A stretch of 64,000 nt of DNA, taken from contig OY762069.1 of the NCBI GenBank assembly GCA_963665095.1, positions 4,256,001 through 4,320,000 on the forward strand, given 5' to 3'. The translations under genes were made by a program, and so were the position numbers. Positions 39,202-48,600 of this stretch are shown here, in pieces. Source of the stretch: an uncultured Desulfobacter sp. (GTDB lineage: Bacteria; Desulfobacterota; Desulfobacteria; Desulfobacterales; Desulfobacteraceae). The notes beneath the pieces were generated by a model. The model was given only the letters and a program-made list of their open reading frames with translations. It searched no databases and had not been told where the DNA came from. Each line of letters opens with the position of its first letter. Within the stretch, counting starts at the first letter, position 1.

Positions 39202-40092
39202 ATGCGCAAAGGCATTATACTGGCAGGCGGTTCAGGCACCAGATTATATCCTTTGACACTTTCAGTGAGCAAACAACTCATGCCGGTGTATGACAAGCCT
39301 ATGATCTATTATCCCTTGTCGACCCTGATGCTGGCCGGCATACATGACATACTGATCATTACAACCCCCCATGACGCGGATCAGTTTAAAAAAGTGCTTA
39401 AGGACGGATCCCAGTGGGGTATCCGGCTGTCATATGAGATCCAGCCATCTCCCAACGGCTTGGCCGAAGCGTTTATCATCGCAGAACAATTCATCGGAAC
39501 AGACCCGGTGACCCTGATTCTGGGAGACAATATTTTTTACGGAGAAGGCCTTTCCAAAAGGCTGCAACGGATTGCGCAAAGCCAGTCCGGCGCTACAGTT
39601 TTCGGGTATTATGTCAAGGATCCCGAACGGTACGGTGTCGTGGAATTTGATGAGAAGGACAAAGTCATCAGCATCGAGGAAAAACCGGAACGTCCGAAAT
39701 CGAACTATGCTGTGACAGGTCTGTATTTTTATGACAACAAGGTGGTAGATATTGCAAAGCAGCTGACACCATCCGCCAGGGGTGAACTGGAAATCACCGA
39801 CGTCAATAAAATCTATCTGGAAAGAGAAGAGCTGACTGTGGAAAGATTCAGCCGGGGCACTGCCTGGCTGGATACCGGAACCCATGAATCGCTTCTGGAT
39901 GCAGGTATTTTTATCAGGGTGGTTGGAGAACGGCAGGATCTTAAAATAGCCTGCCTTGAAGAGATTGCCTTCAGAATGAACCTGATCGACATTGAACAGT
40001 TGCAGGAAGCTGCCTTTTCCATGAAAAAAAATGGATATGGAAAATACCTTATGAATATCGTTCAGCGAAAAAAGGATCAAAATGAAAATTAA
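39202..40092 (+). CDS. rmlA: Glucose-1-phosphate thymidylyltransferase
   Basis: [36 protein letters not shown]. Confidence 0.97.
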   Translation: MRKGIILAGGSGTRLYPLTLSVSKQLMPVYDKPMIYYPLSTLMLAGIHDILIITTPHDADQFKKVLKDGSQWGIRLSYEIQPSPNGLAEAFIIAEQFIGTDPVTLILGDNIFYGEGLSKRLQRIAQSQSGATVFGYYVKDPERYGVVEFDEKDKVISIEEKPERPKSNYAVTGLYFYDNKVVDIAKQLTPSARGELEITDVNKIYLEREELTVERFSRGTAWLDTGTHESLLDAGIFIRVVGERQDLKIACLEEIAFRMNLIDIEQLQEAAFSMKKNGYGKYLMNIVQRKKDQNEN

Positions 40093-40630
40093 CAGGCTCG
40101 AAATCCCGGATGTGGTTCTCATGGAACCAGCTGTATTTGGGGATAACAGGGGTTTTTTTATGGAAACCTTCCGGGACAGTTACTTCAAAGAGAACATCGC
40201 AAACCTTACCTTTGTCCAGGACAACCACAGCCAGTCCACCCGGGGAATTCTAAGGGGCCTGCATTACCAGATTGAGCAGGCCCAGGGAAAGCTGGTCCGG
40301 GTCATTTCAGGTGAAGTGTTTGATGTGGCCGTGGACATAAGAAAAAATTCCGCCACCTTTGGTCAGTGGGTGGGAGAAACGCTCTCCGTGAACAACAGAA
40401 AAATGCTCTGGATTCCCCCGGGATTTGCCCATGGATTTTATGTCCTCAGTGAAACAGCGGAATTTGTCTATAAATGTACGGATTACTACGCGCCGGAGCA
40501 TGAGCGGTCCATCCGCTGGGATGATCCGGACATCGGCATCCAGTGGCCAATCGTTCCCGGATCTTCTCCGATTCTCTCCGAAAAGGATGAACAGGCAGAC
40601 AGCTTTAAAAAGGCCCAGGTGTACCCATGA
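40082..40630 (+). CDS. rmlC: dTDP-4-dehydrorhamnose 3,5-epimerase
   Basis: [21 protein letters not shown]. Confidence 0.97.
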   Translation: MKINRLEIPDVVLMEPAVFGDNRGFFMETFRDSYFKENIANLTFVQDNHSQSTRGILRGLHYQIEQAQGKLVRVISGEVFDVAVDIRKNSATFGQWVGETLSVNNRKMLWIPPGFAHGFYVLSETAEFVYKCTDYYAPEHERSIRWDDPDIGIQWPIVPGSSPILSEKDEQADSFKKAQVYP

Positions 40631-41490
40631 ACGTTTTGATCATTGGTTCCGGCGGACAATTGGGATGGGAACTTCAGCGGACCTGTCCCAAAGGCATTGG
40701 CATAGAAGCGGTGGATTTCCCGGAGATTGATCTTTTAAACCCTTCCAGCATTCGGCAATGCATCTCCCGCTCCTCTGCGGACTGGATTATCAATGCCGCA
40801 GCATACACGGCAGTAGACCCGGCGGAATCAGACCAAAAGGCTGCCTTCCGGATCAACCACGAGGCCGTATCAGACATTGCCACCCTTGCAGATGAAAAAA
40901 AAATCAGACTGGTCCATATTTCAACGGACTACGTGTTCAGCGGAAACCACTACAAACCCCTGCAGCCAGATGACCCGGTTGATCCCCAATCGGTATACGG
41001 CATGTCCAAATGGCAGGGGGAAGAGGCGGTCCGGAAAATCCTGAAAGAAAATACCCTGATCATCCGCACAGCATGGCTCTACTCCTCCCACGGCAAAAAC
41101 TTTGTTAAAACCATGCTCAACCTGATGTCAGCCGGAAAAGATCTCAATGTCATTGATGAGCAGGTGGGAACACCCACCTGGGCCTGGGGGCTGGCCCAGG
41201 CAGTCTGGGCATCCATAAAAAACTCCCTTTGCGGCACCTTCCACTGGACAGATGCAGGTGTTGCCTCCTGGTATGACTTTGCCGTGGCCATTCAGGAAGA
41301 AGGGATTGCCATGGGTCTTCTTGAACAGCCGGCAATCATTACCCCTGTGGACTCAAGCCGGTTCCCAACGGCGGCTGAAAGGCCTTACTACAGCATCCTG
41401 GATAAGAGGTCCTTCTGGCAGGCCACAAAGATAACGCCGATACACTGGCGACAACAGCTTCGATCCATGCTGGAAGAGATGAAACAATGA
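40627..41490 (+). CDS. rmlD: dTDP-4-dehydrorhamnose reductase
   Basis: GSGGQLG, NAAAYTAVD, STDYVF, YGMSK. Confidence 0.96.
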   Translation: MNVLIIGSGGQLGWELQRTCPKGIGIEAVDFPEIDLLNPSSIRQCISRSSADWIINAAAYTAVDPAESDQKAAFRINHEAVSDIATLADEKKIRLVHISTDYVFSGNHYKPLQPDDPVDPQSVYGMSKWQGEEAVRKILKENTLIIRTAWLYSSHGKNFVKTMLNLMSAGKDLNVIDEQVGTPTWAWGLAQAVWASIKNSLCGTFHWTDAGVASWYDFAVAIQEEGIAMGLLEQPAIITPVDSSRFPTAAERPYYSILDKRSFWQATKITPIHWRQQLRSMLEEMKQ

Positions 41491-42560
41491 AAACACTTCT
41501 TGTAACAGGCGGAGCCGGTTTCATCGGCACCAACTTTGTATACTACTGGCTGGACAAATACCCCGAAGACCGCGTGATTGTGCTGGATGCCCTGACCTAT
41601 GCCGGCAACCTGGACAACCTGACCGAGGCGCGCCGGAACCCAAAGTGTGAATTCGTCCATGGCGACATCCTGGACCAGCCCCTTGTGGAAGACCTTCTCA
41701 CCCGGCACAGCATTGACACCATTGTCCACTTTGCCGCTGAATCACATGTGGACAGGTCCATATCCGGTCCGGACGCCTTTATCCAGACCAACATCCTCGG
41801 CACCCACAGCCTGCTCAAAGCAGCCAAAAAGATCTGGCTGGACAACGGCGTAAAGCCTCACCGCTTCCACCATATTTCAACAGACGAAGTATACGGTACC
41901 CTGAAGCCGGATGACCCGGCCTTTGCCGAGACCACGCCCTACGCACCCAACTCGCCCTACGCAGCCAGCAAGGCATCATCCGACCACCTGGTGCGGGCCT
42001 ACCACGAAACCTACGGCCTTGAGGTCACCACTTCCAACTGCTCCAACAACTACGGTCCGTTCCAGTTCCCGGAAAAACTGATCCCCCTGATGATCACCAA
42101 CATCCTGAACAACAGACCCATCCCGGTCTACGGTGACGGCATGCAGATCCGCGACTGGCTCTATGTGGACGACCACAACCTGGGCGTAGACCTGATCCTT
42201 AACAAAGGCGAAATCGGAGAAACCTACAACATCGGCGGCAACAACGAACAGGTCAACCTGGACATCGTGAACCTGGTATGCACAGTCCTTGACGATCTGT
42301 TCAAAACAGATATTACCCTATCAGACAGATTTCCCCTGGCACCTCCGGCCAAAGGATCTCTGTGTAAGACACTGATCACCCATGTAACCGACCGGGCAGG
42401 CCACGATCGTCGCTACGCCATAAATCCGGATAAAATATCTTCAGACCTTGGATACCATCCGGCCTTCACCTTTGAATCTGGCATCCGGAAAACCATTGCC
42501 TGGTATCTGGACCATGAGGTATGGTGGACCAGCATATTGGAGTCTAATGCCTTCAAGTAA
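41487..42560 (+). CDS. rmlB: dTDP-glucose 4,6-dehydratase
   Basis: GGAGFIG, HFAAESHVDRSI, STDEVYG, YAASK, GHDRRYA. Confidence 0.97.
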   Translation: MKTLLVTGGAGFIGTNFVYYWLDKYPEDRVIVLDALTYAGNLDNLTEARRNPKCEFVHGDILDQPLVEDLLTRHSIDTIVHFAAESHVDRSISGPDAFIQTNILGTHSLLKAAKKIWLDNGVKPHRFHHISTDEVYGTLKPDDPAFAETTPYAPNSPYAASKASSDHLVRAYHETYGLEVTTSNCSNNYGPFQFPEKLIPLMITNILNNRPIPVYGDGMQIRDWLYVDDHNLGVDLILNKGEIGETYNIGGNNEQVNLDIVNLVCTVLDDLFKTDITLSDRFPLAPPAKGSLCKTLITHVTDRAGHDRRYAINPDKISSDLGYHPAFTFESGIRKTIAWYLDHEVWWTSILESNAFK

Positions 42561-42760
42561 CTATTCAGCTGAATGACAGAGCCCTTGCTGTTTTAGATCC
42601 TCTTTGGATGACTGAACATCCGGCAGGCGACCTTCAAATAGAATCCGTATCGCTTCAGTTGCTCTCATTTCATGCTTCTTGCACGTTGACAGATAACTGC
42701 GGATTCTACAGAAAATGGCAGCTCCTTGTGTTGAATGAAAGCAGCCTGTCTTTATGCTCA
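42557..42760 (-). mobile_element. IS66-family remnant: transposase C-terminus plus one terminal repeat
   Basis: GCFHSTQGAAIFCRIRSYLSTCKKH resembles IS66 transposase C-termini; end sequence GTAACTATTCAG at 42557; inner boundary approximate. Confidence 0.75.
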
Positions 42761-43000
42761 TGTCCATATACGCCACGCACAGATGAAATAAATGTTATTT
42801 TTTATCCTGTATAATCAACACTTTCTGTTAAGTAAAATCACAAAAACTCATTTTCGCTGTGAAATAATTATTGTCACTACAGGGCTTTTCATTTTGGGGC
42901 TGTTACTTTTCTGGCAGGGTTTATTTGTTGCAGAAATACGTTTATAACAATAAGTATCAGGCATCGCCCTGGAGGACAAATCAACGGGAGGGGCAGTGAT

Positions 43001-43582
43001 ATGAATGCACAACCTCAGGAAAAGACAAGAATGACGCCTGCTGAATATCTGGCGCTTGAAAGAAGCGCTATTGACAGGAAGCACGAACTTTTTAATGGTG
43101 AGATTTTTGCTATGGTTGGGGCCGGAAGGAAACACAACCGGATCAATGTGAATCTCACAAGAGAGTTAAGCGAAAATTTTAAGAAGGATAAATTCACCTG
43201 TGACCTGTTTTCCAATGATATGCGGGTAAAAATTAATGACAGCTATGCTTACCCTGACATTGTTATTTATTGCGGGGAGGCACAGTATGAGGATGATAAA
43301 TTTGATACCCTGATAAATCCGGTTGTCATCATGGAAATTCTTTCAGATTCAACAGAAGCCTTTGACAGGGGTAAAAAATTTGCCTACTACCGGGCCATTC
43401 CAACACTGGAAGAGTATATCCTTGTTTCCCAGGAGGAATATCATGTAGAGCATTACAGACGCGCGGATGCCGGTAAATGGGAATATTGTTCATACGAAGG
43501 TGTGGACCAGGTTCTAAAGATGGCATCCGTTAATTGTGAACTGCCGCTGTCCGAGATTTATCTGAATGTTGCGTTTGAATAA
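43001..43582 (+). CDS. Uma2 family (restriction-endonuclease fold) protein
   Basis: MTPAEYL, KHELFNGEIFAM, YPDIV, EILSDST..FDRGKKF..Y, EYILVSQ. Confidence 0.92.
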   Translation: MNAQPQEKTRMTPAEYLALERSAIDRKHELFNGEIFAMVGAGRKHNRINVNLTRELSENFKKDKFTCDLFSNDMRVKINDSYAYPDIVIYCGEAQYEDDKFDTLINPVVIMEILSDSTEAFDRGKKFAYYRAIPTLEEYILVSQEEYHVEHYRRADAGKWEYCSYEGVDQVLKMASVNCELPLSEIYLNVAFE

Positions 43583-43651
43583 AACACACGATGCAAATTC
43601 TGGACAGACTGTGATACACCCTGCCGAAACTGGTAGGATCAGCTGATTAAT

Positions 43652-43739
43652 ATGGACATCAAAAAATTATTGCAAAGAAAAGAAGATCGAGTTTAGAGGC
43701 GCACCAAAGTCCGGCGGATATTTTTCAGTGGAAGAATAA
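43652..43739 (+). pseudogene. Collapsed gene remnant (termini of an AlbA/ATP-binding wHTH-type protein)
   Basis: MDIKKLLQRKED then, in another frame, KIEFRGAPKSGGYFSVEE-stop. Confidence 0.5.
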
Positions 43740-43777
43740 AAAGAATACTGTATTTTTCGGTTAAAAGGAGATCATCA

Positions 43778-44599
43778 ATGACTGAGTTCGAGTTTTATCA
43801 AGTGGAAAAGAAGGATGGGGTTGCCTGGGTGTATTTGAACCGGCCGGAGAAGAAGAACGCTATGAATCCGCCGGCCTGGAGTGAGCCGGTGGGAATTTTT
43901 GAAGATCTTGATGCTGATGATGATGTCAGGGTGGTGGTGATTGCGGGAAGAGGACCGTGCTTTTCAGCAGGGATTGATCTGGTGGGCATGATGAGTGAGC
44001 TGCCGGAGATGATGAACCCGGATCAAAAAGGCGGGATTAAATGGCGGATGCTGCCTAAAATCAAAAAAATGCAGGATGCCATCTCCTGTATTGAATGGTG
44101 TAAGAAGCCAGTGATTGCTGCGATTCACGGATATTGCATCGGGGCGGGGCTGGATATGGCCACAGCCTGTGATATCCGGCTGTGTTCGGCAGATGCACAG
44201 TTCTGTCTCAAGGAGGCGGCTGTGGGGTTTGTGGCGGATGTGGGCGTGCTGCAGCGGATTCCGTTGATTGTAGGCCAGGGACATGCCCGGGAGCTGGCGT
44301 TTTCCGCCAAAACCATCACTGCGGAACGGGCCCGGCAGATCCTGCTGGTCAATGACGTATTTGACACACCGGAAGCGCTTTTTGAAGGGGCGCAGGCCCT
44401 GGCGCTGGAGATAGCAGGCAACAGTCCCTTAGCGGTACAGGCGTCCAAGGATGTGCTGAATTACGGCGTGGACAAAAGCGTTGATGACGGCCTGAACTAT
44501 GTGGCATCAATGAGTGCCAATATTATTCCGTCAAATGATCTGAACGAAGCGGTAACTGCTTTCATGGAAAAACGAAAACCTGAGTTTACCGGGAAATGA
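43778..44599 (+). CDS. Enoyl-CoA hydratase/isomerase (crotonase)
   Basis: LNRPEKKNAM, FSAGIDL, KPVIAAIHGYCIGAG, ADVGVLQR. Confidence 0.94.
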   Translation: MTEFEFYQVEKKDGVAWVYLNRPEKKNAMNPPAWSEPVGIFEDLDADDDVRVVVIAGRGPCFSAGIDLVGMMSELPEMMNPDQKGGIKWRMLPKIKKMQDAISCIEWCKKPVIAAIHGYCIGAGLDMATACDIRLCSADAQFCLKEAAVGFVADVGVLQRIPLIVGQGHARELAFSAKTITAERARQILLVNDVFDTPEALFEGAQALALEIAGNSPLAVQASKDVLNYGVDKSVDDGLNYVASMSANIIPSNDLNEAVTAFMEKRKPEFTGK

Positions 44600-44605
44600 C
44601 CAGCT

Positions 44606-45081
44606 TTATTCATTGCGAATGGTAATCACTTCGGCCTTTCTGAGGATGGTACCGTCCCGGGTGTTGGTATAGCCTTTTTTAACAATTTCCAATAAGGTCC
44701 CATCCTCCCGGCCGGGATCTGGCCGGGTCTCAAGTACCTTGCACGCCTCCATAACAGCTTTGTTGCCCTCAAAGGATATTGGGGAGATACCAGCGGAATT
44801 TAAGAGCCTGGAAAGCTTTTTATGGATGGCACGAATATTTTCCCCAAGCATTCTGGCTGGTTTATCGAGGCTCTCCTTTTTTAGTTCAAGATTTTCCTCA
44901 ATCGTTTCGAAGGCATCCATAATTTCAAGCAGGCCGGAAAAACATCGTTTTCCCGCTGGTGACATGCCTCAGCCTGGCCGGCCAGATCCCGCTCACTGTT
45001 GCGTATGATTTCAACATGCACCTTTTTAATACCGGCAGCTGAATTGGTGGTTCCGAAATCAATTCCAATGGACTTTGACAT
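44606..45081 (-). pseudogene. Deletion fusion of Hsp70 N-terminus and GrpE-like C-terminus
   Basis: MSKSIGIDFGTTNS...EIIRNSE (about 30 aa) then a GrpE-like frame: LLEIMDAFE...EIVKKGY...ILRKAEVIT. Confidence 0.75.
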
Positions 45082-45245
45082 GCTGTGTATTCTGCTGTTT
45101 TTTTTGTTAAAAGATTAAGTGCCGACTATTAACAAACCGTATTGAAATTTTCAATGAGTAAAACGGCATCCGCAATTTTGTGTTGATCTTGTCAATTTGG
45201 CATTCCGCCTCACACCGAGAGACAAGACTAGAAGAAGGTTACTTT

Positions 45246-45641
45246 TTACTCCCAATCATCAAGGCGAAGGCCTGATATCCGGCTGAACTCCCTGGTATTA
45301 TGGGTTACCAGCACAGCATCATTGGCACGCGCAACCGCTGCAATCAGCATGTCATTGGGGCCGATGAGCCTACCCTGAATTTTCAGATCTGATCTGATCA
45401 GGCCATATTCATCCGCACACCGGTCATCAAAGGCAAGGCTTTGGAGCGGCGCGAAAAACATTTTCAGAACCTGCAGATTTGCATCGACCCTCAGGCTGTT
45501 CCTTGCACCAAAAAGCAATTCAGCTTTAACAATACTGCAGACGGCTATTTCTGACGGAGAGTAGTCTTGAAAATGCTGCGTAACCGATGGAGATGTTCCG
45601 TTAAGAAAGTTAATGCAAACATTGGTATCCAGCAGGTACAT
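45246..45641 (-). CDS. vapC: VapC PIN-domain toxin
   Basis: YLLDTNVCI, AELLFGA, IGPNDMLIAA, LVTHNTREF. Confidence 0.95.
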   Translation of the reverse strand: MYLLDTNVCINFLNGTSPSVTQHFQDYSPSEIAVCSIVKAELLFGARNSLRVDANLQVLKMFFAPLQSLAFDDRCADEYGLIRSDLKIQGRLIGPNDMLIAAVARANDAVLVTHNTREFSRISGLRLDDWE

Positions 45642-45866
45642 TTATTGAAGGCCTTCTCTTTGTTCAAAATTCAGCTGATCAGGCCGTACAAGGGAAGCGC
45701 CCTGCCATGATCCTGCAAGATCAAAATAGTTTTCCGGCCATTGCACGGCAGTCTCTTTTTTTACCAGATAAGCCAGATACTTTGACGTTGACAGCCCGGC
45801 CTTCTCTGCCTTTTCCTTGAACAGAAAAGCCAGGTTGTCCGGTATGTAACAATGCAGTTGGGCCAT
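45642..45866 (-). CDS. Putative antitoxin (VapB-like, RHH-type)
   Basis: 74 aa immediately upstream of vapC; GGAGG RBS; acidic/aromatic tail WPENYFDLAGSW. Confidence 0.75.
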   Translation of the reverse strand: MAQLHCYIPDNLAFLFKEKAEKAGLSTSKYLAYLVKKETAVQWPENYFDLAGSWQGASLVRPDQLNFEQREGLQ

Positions 45867-45900
45867 ACATTCCTCCAAATATATTTGTTATATTTGTCAA

Positions 45901-45929
45901 ACGATATACAATCCCGGATAAGATGTCAA
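45901..45929 (-). promoter_or_regulatory. Sigma70 promoter of vapBC
   Basis: TTGACA-N17-TATCGT on the minus strand. Confidence 0.6.
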
Positions 45930-46203
45930 GAAGCATATGTTCAAACTCAAAATTCCCGGGGCTGGTAATAAGGCCCGGGGCTGGGTCCAAAATGGCCTTT
46001 CCTGGTATCAGGGTCAAGCATTTTCCACCCCGGCATCCCTGTGGCAGGCATCTGCTATATGCCTGCTCTATACACGAACTAATGGACATGACCCTGTTTT
46101 TCATTGATCATGTTATGAATATCAGGCGGTCGTGGCAAAACACGCCGCTATGCCGAGGCCCACAAGGGCCATGCCTTTATGATGAATTTAATACATCCGG
46201 TCA

Positions 46204-46232
46204 TTGTCTTTACAAGATCTTGTTAGTATAAT
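46204..46232 (+). promoter_or_regulatory. Sigma70 promoter upstream of the AAA-nuclease pseudogene
   Basis: TTGTCT-N17-TATAAT with palindrome ACAAGATCTTGT in the spacer. Confidence 0.6.
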
Positions 46233-46280
46233 CATTTTTAATTTCGGCCTGTTGACAAAAAGTATACATTGAAAAAACAT

Positions 46281-47649
46281 ATGAAAAAGCGGCCCATCGG
46301 GATACAGACATTCTCCAATATCATAGAAAACAACTATTGCTACGTGGACAAAAAACACCCTGTCATCCACATTGATCTGGCTGAAAGTGTAATAAAATCG
46401 CCGGACCGGCTGGAGCAAAGACTTCATCGTATTCTTGCCATGCGGGCGGAACAAGCGGGCATCACCCTGACCTGTTCCCATGTGGATGACTGCCTTGAAG
46501 AGCTGATCCAAAAGCTTCACGCCGGGAAAAACACCGGGTGGTTGTTCTGGTAGATGAGTACGACAAACCCATATTAGACAATATTACCGATACAAAAACA
46601 GCAATGGAGCTCAGGGATGGACTGCGCAACTTTTATTCCGTCCTCAAGGCCCAGGGTGCCCATCTGCGATTTGTCATGCTCACCGGTGTATCAAAATTCT
46701 CAAAAGTTTCCCTTTTTTCCGGACTGAACAATCTACAGGATATCTCACTGGACAAACGGTACGGAACCCTGTGCGGTTATACACAAGAAGAACTGGAATC
46801 CGTATTCTCTGAATTCTTAACCGATGTTGACCTGAATCAGCTTAAATCATGGTACAATGGCTATTCGTTTCTTTCCGAACCCGTTTACAACCCTTTTGGC
46901 ATTCTGCTTTACCTGGACACCAGGCTGTATAAACCCTACTGGTTTGAAACAGGAACGCCCAGCTTCCTGATCCGCCTGCTGACAGAAAAAAGATGTTTAT
47001 TCCAAGCCTGGAGAACCTGGTTGCCGGAGAAGAACTCTTAGGCAGCTTTGACATCGACTTCATAGAGCCGGAAACCCTGCTTTTTCAAACCGGATATCTG
47101 ACAATAAAAGAAAAAAAGTACCTCTTTGACCAGGAATACGTTTATCTCTTAGGCTTTCCCAATCATGAGGTCAAGAAAAGCCTGACCGGATCTATTCTGC
47201 ACCTGCTCATTAATGATATCCGCCCTGTAAAAACCGGACAGACAACCCTGCTGAACATTTTAAAATCAGGCCACCTGGATAAACTGAAAGACCTGTTCCA
47301 TTCTTTTTTTGCCGCCATCCCCCATGACTGGTACCACAAAAACGATATGGCCGGATACGAAGGGTACTATTGTTCCATTGTTTACTGCTACTTCACGGCG
47401 TTAGGCCTGAATGTGAGAGCAGAAGAACCAACCAACCACGGCCGGCTGGACATGGCGGTCCTTTTTAATGGAAATACATACATCTTTGAATTCAAGGTAA
47501 ACGAACTGACAGCCCCCTCCCGGGCGATTGCCAAGATCAAAGAAAAAAAATACCATGAAAAATACACTGGCAGGGAAACCTATCTGATCGGCGTAGAATT
47601 CAGTAAACAGGACCGCAACATTACCCGGTTTGAATGGAAAAAATGTTAA
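46281..47649 (+). pseudogene. AAA-ATPase-like / PD-(D/E)XK nuclease gene, split into three frames
   Basis: PIGIQTF..YVDK; VVLVDEYDKP, LTGVSKF, YWFETGTP; LLFQTGYLT, GRLD..IFEFK; two frameshifts; Walker A segment absent. Confidence 0.88.
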
Positions 47650-47728
47650 AAACAGCCTGGGGCAATTGCGCCGGTGCTTTCTGATAATTGCTGAAGCGCT
47701 GTTTCCAGCGGATGTCATTTTCTTTCAT
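47650..47728 (-). pseudogene. N-terminal remnant of a second HEPN (HI0074-like) gene
   Basis: Manual translation MKENDIRWKQRFSNYQKAPAQLPQAV; truncated where it meets the end of the AAA gene. Confidence 0.6.
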
Positions 47729-47752
47729 TCAGAATGCCTGATTGCTTAAAGG

Positions 47753-48148
47753 CTATAACTGCCGGCTTGCTGTGAGTTGGCAAAAAACCTGTTTAATTTC
47801 GGGCAAATATATAGGGCATCGCCGGTAGATCTCAATAGACTGATCCTCATTGTACGTATGGGACAGCAAGTTTCTGGCCTTTATCATTTCAAGAAACGGC
47901 CCTTCGTTCTCAATAAGTTCAAGTGCAAACGCTTCCTTGAACACCTGTCGCGGGGAAACTGCCCGGATGCCGTGGATATCTTCCAGATAATTTTTTAAAG
48001 TTTTCCACATCAGTTCATAAGTGAATTCAAACCGTTGTATGGTTGCATCTCTGACAATCGAAGACTCCGGCTCCTGAAGCGCCTCCGAAAAACGCTGTAT
48101 TGCCTTTTCAAAATTGTCGATATTTCTATCCAGCTTATCAGCAGCCAT
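47753..48148 (-). CDS. HEPN toxin (HepT / HI0074 family)
   Basis: RDATIQRFEFTYELMWK, SPRQVFKEA, RNLLSHTY (Rx4HxY). Confidence 0.92.
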   Translation of the reverse strand: MAADKLDRNIDNFEKAIQRFSEALQEPESSIVRDATIQRFEFTYELMWKTLKNYLEDIHGIRAVSPRQVFKEAFALELIENEGPFLEMIKARNLLSHTYNEDQSIEIYRRCPIYLPEIKQVFCQLTASRQL

Positions 48149-48443
48149 GTTTGAGGTCCTGTATATGTTTCATTGCGACTGCCTTGAATTCTTCATCCAC
48201 CGAACTGAAATCAATAAAATCAATTTTCAATAGTGTGGGCAACGCTTCTATTTTTTCCTGAATCGCCAGCAAACAACCTGCGGGCATCTTTTTTTCTGAA
48301 ATGATACCGATATCAATATCCGATTTTGGGTCATGGACACCTGCAGCACGGGATCCAAACAGAAACAGCCTGTATTTTCCCTTGATTTCCCCGGCAACTA
48401 TTTCTGATACCTGCACAAGAATATCATCAACATCCATAGGCAA
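48138..48443 (-). CDS. Minimal nucleotidyltransferase antitoxin (MntA-like)
   Basis: LFGSRAAG...SDIDIG (GSx10DxD); overlaps the HEPN start. Confidence 0.9.
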   Translation of the reverse strand: MPMDVDDILVQVSEIVAGEIKGKYRLFLFGSRAAGVHDPKSDIDIGIISEKKMPAGCLLAIQEKIEALPTLLKIDFIDFSSVDEEFKAVAMKHIQDLKHGC

Positions 48444-48600
48444 AATCTTTCTTAGGCATATTTACACTCAAAAGCAGGATTCCCGAGTCAGGTGATATTG
48501 CCTGCAGATAGGTTCAGGATGCCTTTTCTCTGTCTCGGGGTCAAGCATTTTTCCCGGCGCCCTTTTGGTGTGTGTGACAGATGACTGATTCAGCCTCGAA

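Noticed and set aside
42557..48600. Integron cassette array or prophage
   Set aside because: No integrase, no clear attC sites, no phage genes; mixed gene orientations
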